NCBI GenBank assembly: GCA_040220235.1
Contig: JAVJTO010000071.1
Strand: one strand, 5' to 3'
Length of the DNA stretch: 64,000 bases
Source of the DNA: Coleofasciculus sp. B1-GNL1-01
GTDB taxonomy: Bacteria > Cyanobacteriota > Cyanobacteriia > Cyanobacteriales > Coleofasciculaceae
The position numbers and the translations under genes were made by a program. Every line of letters starts with the position of its first letter. Within the stretch, counting starts at the first letter, position 1. The notes under the pieces were generated by a model. That model was given only the letters and a program-made list of their open reading frames with translations. It had not been told where the DNA came from and did no database searches. Of this stretch, positions 29,651-37,603 are shown piece by piece.

Positions 29651-31701
29651 GTGGGATAGTGGGGATTTACTATCTCGATGGGCGTCCCGTGGAACGGGAA
29701 ATCCTGGGGCGGATGGTAGATAGATTGGCACATAGAGGTGCTGATGGTGCGGGGATTTGGTGTGAAGCGTCGGTGGGTTTGGCACATCGGATGCTGTGGA
29801 CGACACCGGAATCGTTTTTGGAAAAGTTGCCTTTGGTGAGTTCTCAAGGACATTGGGTACTCACGGCGGATGCGCGGATTGATAATCGTGAGGAACTGAT
29901 TGCGGCGTTGGGGTTAAATCAGTGTCCGGTTGAGAAGATTACCGATAGTCAGCTTATTTTGGCGGCTTATGAACGATGGGGGAATGGTTGTCCGCAACGG
30001 TTGTTAGGTGACTTTGCGTTTGCGATATGGGATCAGCGTCAGCAGGTGCTGTTTTGCGCCAGAGACCATAGTGGGGTGAAGCCGTTTTACTATTATTATT
30101 CACCGGGTAAGTTTTTTGCCTTTGCCTCGGAGATTAAGGGGGTATTGGGTTTACCGGAAGTCTCGCGTCGGGTGAATCAGGCGAAGGTGGGGATTTATTT
30201 GTGTCAGTTAACGGGGTTTGCTTCGTTAAAGTCGGATACGTTTTACCAGGATATTCGGCGTTTACCCCCGGCGCAGTGGCTGGAAGTGAGTGAGAGGGGG
30301 TTGAATTTTCAGTCCTATTGGGATTTGGATGCGGCGGCGCAAACGATACAGTTCCAGTCTGATGGGGAGTATGTGGAGGCGTTTCGAGAACGGTTTACCC
30401 AGGCTGTGGCTTGTCGCTTGCGGAGTGCTTATCCGGTGGTATCTACTCTGAGTGGTGGGTTGGATTCGTCGTCGGTTAGCTGTGTGGCGAGGAATCTGTT
30501 ACGGGGGCAAAACCTCTCCCCCAACCCCTCTCCTGCAAGGAAAGCTGGGGGGGTTAGGTTTCCCTTATTGACGGTTTATGGGGATTGTGGTGTACCGTCT
30601 ACGGATGAGAAAGGGTATGTGAATGCGGTATTGGCGCAGGGGGGGTTTCAGCATTCGATCGCTACGGTGAGGAATCCCATTGGTTCAGCGCAAACGGTGA
30701 CGCCTTGCATAGATAGACCCGTGCAAATGCCTACACCTGCCATGTTACTGGCTTCTTTGCAGTCCGTGCAGCAGCAGGGGGCGCGGGTGGTGTTGACGGG
30801 ACATGATGGGGATACGATTGTGTCTCATGGTCAAGATTATCCGGCTGAGTTAATTGAGTTGGGTAAGTGGGACTGTTTAAAGGATATTGTTATATCGCGT
30901 TTGGATAAAGGGAAAGAATCAGCGGACAAGAAAAGGGTAGAGTATGAACTTTATCAGTATGTTCTGCCTTATTTTAACCAGTTGGTCAAAGATTTTAAGA
31001 TAAAGGGCTATTGGCAGGGACTCTCTAAGGTTTCTCGGAATTGGTCGTTCTCCCTTCGTGGTATCGTCAGTTTGCCCGTTCGGAGTATTTATTACAATTT
31101 ACGTCAGGTTAAGTGGCAGGCTTATAATTCAAAGATTAATCGTGATTTTGCTCGTCAGGTTGGTTTAAATGGGCTACTTCAGGATGAGTTGGACTATCAA
31201 TTGGCTTATTTGCCGTCGGAATATTTGAATCATCATCGCGGGATAACCTCGGATAATATGCAGGATATCAATGAGCAAGTTGATGGGATGAGTGCGGCGT
31301 TGGGGATAGAACCGCGTCATCCGTTTCTGGATAAGCGAGTTGTGGAGTTGTGTTTGGCGGTTCCGGCTCATTTGAAATTTTGCAATGGGTTTGGGCGGGG
31401 GGTAATGCGACGGGCGATGAAGGATATTTTGCCGGAGGAGGTGCGGCGGCGGGGGAGTAAGGTGGATTTTTATGGGTTTATTATTCCAGAGATGGAGAGG
31501 GATGAGCGGGAGTTGATTGAGGAGGTGTTGGGGGGAGAGTCGGAGTTATCGCGTTATATAGATAGTCATGCTTTATATCAAGAGTACCGGGAGTTTTCAA
31601 AGTCTGCGACTCCTTGGAAGCAGAGGAGGCGTGGGGCAAGAATGATTGCTTGTGCAATGTTCTTGGCAATGTGGTTGAGGCAATCTAAGGATTGTGGTTG
31701 A
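29647..31701 (+). CDS. Lasso peptide cyclase (asparagine synthetase homolog)
   Basis: MSGIVG (no N-terminal Cys), LSGGLDSSS, LTGHDGD, RHPFLDKR; ATGA overlap with B2. Confidence 0.93.
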   Translation: MSGIVGIYYLDGRPVEREILGRMVDRLAHRGADGAGIWCEASVGLAHRMLWTTPESFLEKLPLVSSQGHWVLTADARIDNREELIAALGLNQCPVEKITDSQLILAAYERWGNGCPQRLLGDFAFAIWDQRQQVLFCARDHSGVKPFYYYYSPGKFFAFASEIKGVLGLPEVSRRVNQAKVGIYLCQLTGFASLKSDTFYQDIRRLPPAQWLEVSERGLNFQSYWDLDAAAQTIQFQSDGEYVEAFRERFTQAVACRLRSAYPVVSTLSGGLDSSSVSCVARNLLRGQNLSPNPSPARKAGGVRFPLLTVYGDCGVPSTDEKGYVNAVLAQGGFQHSIATVRNPIGSAQTVTPCIDRPVQMPTPAMLLASLQSVQQQGARVVLTGHDGDTIVSHGQDYPAELIELGKWDCLKDIVISRLDKGKESADKKRVEYELYQYVLPYFNQLVKDFKIKGYWQGLSKVSRNWSFSLRGIVSLPVRSIYYNLRQVKWQAYNSKINRDFARQVGLNGLLQDELDYQLAYLPSEYLNHHRGITSDNMQDINEQVDGMSAALGIEPRHPFLDKRVVELCLAVPAHLKFCNGFGRGVMRRAMKDILPEEVRRRGSKVDFYGFIIPEMERDERELIEEVLGGESELSRYIDSHALYQEYREFSKSATPWKQRRRGARMIACAMFLAMWLRQSKDCG

Positions 31702-31733
31702 ATGGTTTTTGATTTGTTTAGTTAAGGAGATAG

Positions 31734-32036
31734 ATGATGAGTATTGAGAGAGAAATGATAGATAACCACGGAGTAAATCTTCCCTATGAACAACCGAGTA
31801 TTAAGAAGTATGGAACGATGAAAGAATTTACACTAGGTTCAAGTGGAAGTGGAGGTGATGGGATGGGAAGCGACGCAAAGACAGAGCAAAACACTAGAAT
31901 AAATGATGTTAATCAAAATGCAAGTGCAGGTAACGACGATCCTCGTTCATTTGATGATAATGTTTTCTTTGGAGATAACAAAAACTCTGCCGCCGATTTT
32001 TTAATACAAGACGTAACTATCGGAAATGACGATTAG
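31734..32036 (+). CDS. Lasso precursor 1 (34-aa leader, 66-aa core)
   Basis: YEQPSIKKYGTMKEFTL|GSSGSGGDGMGSD: YxxPxL-type box, Thr at -2, G1/D8; AAGGAG RBS. Confidence 0.88.
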   Translation: MMSIEREMIDNHGVNLPYEQPSIKKYGTMKEFTLGSSGSGGDGMGSDAKTEQNTRINDVNQNASAGNDDPRSFDDNVFFGDNKNSAADFLIQDVTIGNDD

Positions 32037-32118
32037 TGTGATCGCTCACTATGACTAGCTTGGCATAAGCTGTCATGCATTTAATTTATTAACGAGAGCG
32101 AATGCGAATAAGGGTTAA

Positions 32119-33060
32119 ATGTTTTTCTACCAAGCCTATGGTTTAAATATTCATTCTGACTTTCCTCTTCCTGAATTACTACCAGGAGGAGATAAAGCAG
32201 ATATTTACATCCAAAAAGGAAAACTCAAACCCCCACCCTTAGAACCCACCTCTATCAACCGTCAAGGAATAGAAGCCCTATTTGGTGGCACCACTCAAGA
32301 AGCCTACCTGCACTGGCAAGGAATCGCCACCCTACTCGCAAAAGATGGCAAAACCCTAATTGTTGACACCTACTCCAACAACATCAAACCCCAACTCTTA
32401 AACCTGTACATCTTGAGCGAAGCATTAGGCATAATCCTCTATCAAAGAGGCTTATTTTTACTCCATGCCAGTGCTATAAAAATAGGGGAACAAGTCGTTA
32501 TCTTTGCAGGGACTCCAGGTGCAGGGAAATCTACCACGGCTGCTGCTTTTGCCAAATGCGGCTATACCGTACTCGCTGATGATATGGTCGCTATATCCCT
32601 CGATAATCCAAGGAAACCAATGGTTTACCCCGCGTTTCCCCAGATAAAAATCTGGCAATCAGCCGTCAAGGGATTGGGTTATAATCCATCGTTATTACCC
32701 CCACTTTTTCCCGGTTCCCGCAAACGGGTTATCCGGCAAAAAGAAAACTTTCCCGTTGACCCATATCCCCTGACTCATATCTTTATATTAGAGGAGGGAG
32801 CAGACCTTAAGATTACCAAAATGGATGGAACCAATGCTTTTTTTAGCCTAGCACGTTTCTTTCCCTTACCCAGTGATCTTCTGCAAGGAACTGCCCTTGA
32901 GCGTCATTTCCAGCAGTGCGTTCAATTGACAGGGGATGTAGATATTTGGAAGGTGGAGAATCCGAAGAATTTTGGGGCGCTGAAGCAGTTGGTGCGTTGG
33001 GTTGAAGGAGAGTTAGGAGAAGATAGACCCAAAAATCAAGTTTTTTGTTCGATTAGTTAA
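32119..33060 (+). CDS. HPr-kinase-like lasso peptide kinase
   Basis: YQAYGL, LLHASA, GTPGAGKSTTA P-loop, LADD. Confidence 0.88.
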   Translation: MFFYQAYGLNIHSDFPLPELLPGGDKADIYIQKGKLKPPPLEPTSINRQGIEALFGGTTQEAYLHWQGIATLLAKDGKTLIVDTYSNNIKPQLLNLYILSEALGIILYQRGLFLLHASAIKIGEQVVIFAGTPGAGKSTTAAAFAKCGYTVLADDMVAISLDNPRKPMVYPAFPQIKIWQSAVKGLGYNPSLLPPLFPGSRKRVIRQKENFPVDPYPLTHIFILEEGADLKITKMDGTNAFFSLARFFPLPSDLLQGTALERHFQQCVQLTGDVDIWKVENPKNFGALKQLVRWVEGELGEDRPKNQVFCSIS

Positions 33061-33076
33061 ATTAAGGAGAAAGAAG

Positions 33077-33277
33077 ATGAATAGCGATGTAGGAAATATG
33101 GAGAAACAGGAAATGAACCTGCCTTATAAGCAACCCAATCTAAAGAAATACGGCTCGATGAAAGAGTTTACACTTGGTTCAGGTGGAAGTGGCGGCGATG
33201 GCATGGGGAGTGATAATGACGCAATAGCAAATGATGCAAAAGCTATTGATGATGGTGATTTTCAGGTGGGGGATTGA
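33077..33277 (+). CDS. Lasso precursor 2 (33-aa leader, 33-aa core)
   Basis: YKQPNLKKYGSMKEFTL|GSGGSGGDGMGSD; AAGGAG RBS. Confidence 0.88.
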   Translation: MNSDVGNMEKQEMNLPYKQPNLKKYGSMKEFTLGSGGSGGDGMGSDNDAIANDAKAIDDGDFQVGD

Positions 33278-33428
33278 TTGTAGAAAATAACGCATATACT
33301 ATATCTGGTTTTGGAGAGGCGAACAAAAAAATTAAAGCTATTTGTTAAAAAAATGTTCTAATATTATCTTCTTTGAACAAAAATTGTCTGAAGATTCTTG
33401 TTAAGTGGTTCAATAAAGGAGGACTAAG

Positions 33429-33683
33429 ATGAAGATTGATGAAACCAGAGGAAATAAAATGGAACCTCTTTTCTATGAGCAACCAAGTCTCAAGAAATAC
33501 GGAACGATGAAAGAGTTTACTCTTGGTTCAGGTGGAAGCGGCGGTGATGGCATGGGAAGCGACACCAATAATTACGCACATACAGATGGAGATCCAGAAG
33601 TTCCAGTTGTTGATTTACCATCAGATCATGAAGGACAAGTAGATCCCAATAGGGTTGCAATTGACGAAACTAAAGTAGATTGA
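33429..33683 (+). CDS. Lasso precursor 3 (32-aa leader, 52-aa core)
   Basis: YEQPSLKKYGTMKEFTL|GSGGSGGDGMGSD; AGGAGG RBS. Confidence 0.88.
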   Translation: MKIDETRGNKMEPLFYEQPSLKKYGTMKEFTLGSGGSGGDGMGSDTNNYAHTDGDPEVPVVDLPSDHEGQVDPNRVAIDETKVD

Positions 33684-33949
33684 TTTGGATCACCCCGTTT
33701 TGGATAATGCATTACCAAAAGTAACGAATTGGCAAGGATTTCAGCCCCTTTACAAGAGTCAACGTGCCAAATTGGGATGCTCCAGATTGATTAGGAGATA
33801 GTTGATAATTATTAACTAACTTAGTTGTCAAGTAAAAGTTACTGTAGGATGGGCAATGTAAAGCAACAATATCAAGTTTTTGAGAAGTTTAAATATTGCC
33901 CACCCTACATAAAAATAAGCTTGCTTAAAATTCATGATAGCTGCCGAGT

Positions 33950-35137
33950 ATGTATTCTAAATTCGCAAATCTCATCTCCCCTTTCAACATAGAAGACTTT
34001 TTCCACCATTACTACGAAAAAAACTACCTCCACCTCTCCCGCAATACCCCAACCTACTACGACGCCATCCTCAACACTGACGACATCGACTTATTTTTCC
34101 AAAACAAAACCTTACCCAGTTCCCATCTGCGAGTCGTCAACAACGGCGAAGAATTACCCGCCTGGAAATGGTCGCACCGCAACTCATCAACCGCTGATAA
34201 CGATAGACTCTTCGTCCTCTTCAACGAAGGAAATACCCTAATTATCAACTCCGGCAATAGCTCAATTCTCAAACTAATCAACTATTGTGCCGACCTCGAA
34301 CGCGAACTGCAAATCCGCTTACAATTCAACATCTACATCACCCCCGTCAACGCCCAAGGATTTGCCCCCCACTACGATGACCACGATGTCTTCATCTTAC
34401 AAACTACAGGCACCAAACGCTGGCGTTTATACCATTCTCCCATAGAACTTCCCTCCCAAAAACAACCCCACTGTAAACAAAAGGGTAAATACGAACTCGG
34501 AGAACCCACATTTGAAGTCGAACTCCAACCCGGTGACTTACTCTATATTCCCAGAGGACTCATCCACGACGCCATCACCACCGACACCGCCTCCGTTCAC
34601 ATTACCTTGGGATTACATCCCAACTACTGGTTTGAACTCCTCCGAGAAGTCGCCGACATCGCCGAAGACAAAGCCGAATTCCGACGCGCCGTTCCCAATG
34701 CTTTAATGAATGAACAGCATCACCAAGACTTTAAAGCCGAATTTCGCCAACGCCTGCAAGCATTAATCGATACCCTAGACGTAGACGAACTCCTCACCCG
34801 GAAATCTGAACAGTATATTAGTAACAAACGTTCCGAAGACCAAAACCGCTTCAAAGATTCCATTCAACTCAATAAGCTAAATCTCAACACCGTCCTATCC
34901 CGCCGGGAAAATATCCTATTTAAACTGGACAAAGACGACGAAAAAATCTATGTCAAATTCTACAAAAAGACCCTCGATTTCCCCCGCTTTGTCGAACTCT
35001 CCCTGAATACCCTACTCCAGGATAGAAGCTTCGCCGTCAAAGATATCGGCGGACTAATTACCGACGAAGGCAAAATTGACCTCGCCACTAAATTTGTCCA
35101 GGAAGGCTTTTTGAGAATTGAAAGCATCAATGGTTAG
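33950..35137 (+). CDS. JmjC/cupin-4 (YcfD/ROX-like) Fe/2OG oxygenase
   Basis: NIYITP..QGFAPHYDDHDVFILQ..GTKRW, LQPGDLLYIPRGLIH, SVHIT. Confidence 0.9.
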   Translation: MYSKFANLISPFNIEDFFHHYYEKNYLHLSRNTPTYYDAILNTDDIDLFFQNKTLPSSHLRVVNNGEELPAWKWSHRNSSTADNDRLFVLFNEGNTLIINSGNSSILKLINYCADLERELQIRLQFNIYITPVNAQGFAPHYDDHDVFILQTTGTKRWRLYHSPIELPSQKQPHCKQKGKYELGEPTFEVELQPGDLLYIPRGLIHDAITTDTASVHITLGLHPNYWFELLREVADIAEDKAEFRRAVPNALMNEQHHQDFKAEFRQRLQALIDTLDVDELLTRKSEQYISNKRSEDQNRFKDSIQLNKLNLNTVLSRRENILFKLDKDDEKIYVKFYKKTLDFPRFVELSLNTLLQDRSFAVKDIGGLITDEGKIDLATKFVQEGFLRIESING

Positions 35138-35397
35138 TCAGGAGTCAGGAGGGAAGGAGTCAGGAGAAAAATAGCGTTGCTGGAATTTACAGCAATATGA
35201 ATCTAGGAGTTCCCAATACGGCTCCCATCCAGGGTGTGATTGTGCCATTTGGGTTGTGGATGATGGACAGATGCGATCGCGCCATTGTTATGTTTCATTG
35301 ACTTTGGCGATCGGGTGGCGGGTATTCCTGGCTGTGGGCTGGTAAACTGGAGTGCAATTATCTTACTCAAAACTATTACGCTATCGTTATAGTTACT

Positions 35398-35694
35398 TTC
35401 ACCAACCTTGCCCTAAAAGGGACAAGGATTGACCAAGCCAGTTTGGACAACGTAAGCGGTGAATAGCTCGGTTTGAGCCTAGTTCTGGCACAGACTTCCG
35501 AATACTTCCCTAGTTCGGACTATATCTAAGCCTAATTGGTTAGGCGTTGGGTAATGCCAAGACATCTTGGACTGGGTGGGCGAAGGGACTTATTACAGGG
35601 TTTGCTGGTTCCTGGGATTATCTCCATTTAAAAACCAGCATTTAATTGTAAAGCTGTCTTATAAAGACAGGGTTTCAGACCCAAAGGAGTTACT
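35398..35694 (+). mobile_element. Non-autonomous IS200/IS605 element carrying an IscB/IsrB-type omegaRNA (HEARO-like) and no nuclease ORF
   Basis: Colinear motifs shared with the RNA region upstream of isrB (TTCAxCAACC, GATTGAC, CAGAC..ATACTTCCCTAGTTC, GCCAAGACATCTTG, GAAGGGACT); end hairpin CTGTCTTATAAAGACAGGGTTTCAGACCCA; followed by ATGA. Confidence 0.78.
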
Positions 35695-36183
35695 ATGATT
35701 GTTGGTACAACCCAAGCGGCTGAAATTTTAAATATCTCCACGGCTCGACTGCGAGTCCTGCTCATTGCCGGCAGAGTCGAAGGCGCTTACAAGACGGGGA
35801 AGATGTGGTTAGTGCCTCTATTTAATGGCAAACCTTTGATTAAGCCAGGTAAAAGAGGTCCGGCTCCGCGTTGGCTCAATCCCAGAAAACCAGCGAAAAC
35901 GATCATTCACGTTAATTCGCACAGAATTCGACACAATCAAAAATACCAGGAACACCAGCCGGTGATTACGGTGAAGAAGTGGTGCGACAGAGCGCCGCAG
36001 AATGGCGCAAAGGAACAAGCACCCCAAACCAGCAATACGAATGTCTATGGACATGAGGTGGAAATACCCGGAGGATGCCGGGTTGTGTATCGTCCTGATA
36101 GTCCCAGATGTGGTGCTAAGGTTTGGATCGAAACCTTATACAACGTCAGGGTGATTTCTTGGCAGGAGGACGGCTCGTCTTAA
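35695..36183 (+). CDS. Excisionase-like HTH DNA-binding protein
   Basis: TTQAAEILNISTARLRVLLIAGRVEGAYKTGKMW; C-terminal IHVN...YGHEVEI...GAKVWIET. Confidence 0.75.
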   Translation: MIVGTTQAAEILNISTARLRVLLIAGRVEGAYKTGKMWLVPLFNGKPLIKPGKRGPAPRWLNPRKPAKTIIHVNSHRIRHNQKYQEHQPVITVKKWCDRAPQNGAKEQAPQTSNTNVYGHEVEIPGGCRVVYRPDSPRCGAKVWIETLYNVRVISWQEDGSS

Positions 36184-36368
36184 TTAGCGAAGTTAGTCCA
36201 TAGATTTCTGAGGAAGGAAAATTGCAACTAAAACGATCAACCAACAAAACGAATTGATGGGCTTTTTGCCAAACTATCAAATCAGTAAAGCGTTTAGCGG
36301 GTTGGTTTACCTTTAATTTCTCCTAACTTCTAACTCCTTCCCTCCTGTCTCCTGACTCCTTTATTCAA

Positions 36369-37259
36369 ATGCCCAAACTTAAACGCGCCATCCTCCTAGT
36401 CTGGCAAAGTGCGCCCAGATTAACCGGGATTAAAGTCGCCCTAATTATCCTCCAGGGAATCCTCCCCCTAGCCTCCCTCTACCTGACGAAAGTAGTGGTT
36501 GATACCCTTTCTGCTAGTCTCACCACTCCTAACCAGGAAGCTGCATTCAGTCAAATCATGGTATTGCTGGCGATCGCAGGTATTGTTATCCTGACAACGA
36601 CTCTGTGCGAATCATCCGCCAATTTAGTCAGCACCCTACAAGCCCAGCGCGTCACTGACTTTATGGAAGGTATTCTCCATGCCAAGTCCATTGAAGTAGA
36701 CTTAGAGCACTACGAGGATGCCGAATACTACGATAAACTGCAACGGGCGCAACGAGAAGCCCCATCACGACCCACTCAAATTGTAGACCGCCTTACTCAA
36801 ATCGGTAAAAATAGCATTTCCTTACTGGCAATTGTCGGTTTATTACTCTCCTTTCACTGGGGAATGGCTGGGGTTCTCTTTGTCGTTGCCATTCCCTCGG
36901 TGCTAGTCCGTTTAAAATTCGCCAAAATCATGTATCGTTGGCAGCGAGAGAAAACTTCAATCCGACGCCGTGCGGGGTACTACAGCGCCTTACTTACCAG
37001 AGATAGAGTTGCTAAAGAAATTCGCCTATTTAATTTAGGTTCTCTATTTAGCGAACGATTTCGCCAATTACGTTGGCAACTCTACCACGAAAGCTTTACC
37101 ATTGCCACTCGCCGTTCTGCGGCTAATTTAGGCGCTCAAGCCTTGGCTGGATTGATTATGTTTGCCGCCTATGGGTTTGTTATCCATCGAACTCTCCAAG
37201 GTATTCTTACTCTAGGCGATTTAGCCCTTTATCATCAAGCCTTTAAGCAAGGACAAGGT
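36369..37259 (+). pseudogene. ABC exporter, TM domain only (ATPase domain deleted)
   Basis: AKEIRLFNLG and TLGDLALYHQAF typical of fused ABC exporters; no Walker A; frame runs into the antisense of a nucleotidyltransferase and stops at 37325. Confidence 0.85.
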
Positions 37260-37582
37260 TTGATTAATTTTTCGCTCAGAAATAAAGTATATAGAGCGTT
37301 CGTCTGGAACCGCAGCCGTAGTTGATTCAGAAGAGTCTGAGGAACAGCTTCGGGACAGGTACTGTTAAGACTTTGATACAGGAGGGGTAAAACCCCCTGT
37401 CTATCAGCCATTTGGATTAAATGCGCCCAGTTGATGTTTGACTCAACTAATGTTTTGATAGATTTAGCTGTTGTCGTATTTATTTGAGTGCGGCTACAGC
37501 ACAGGAGTAGATCAAGTTCTGGATGAGTCGCCACTTCTATAGATTTGGTGCTAACTGTATTAGTTATAAGTTTTTGAGCCAT
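37258..37582 (-). pseudogene. N-terminal fragment of a nucleotidyltransferase-family protein
   Basis: PELDLLLCCSR...INWAHLIQMADRQGVLPLLYQSL...NALYTLFLSEKLIK resembles the N-terminus of lasso-cluster nucleotidyltransferases; catalytic region absent. Confidence 0.72.
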
Positions 37583-37603
37583 ATCAATAATGACTATTGA
37601 CGA

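Noticed and set aside
29647..31701. Housekeeping asparagine synthetase (asnB)
   Set aside because: Lacks the N-terminal catalytic Cys and is coupled to RRE, B2 and precursors
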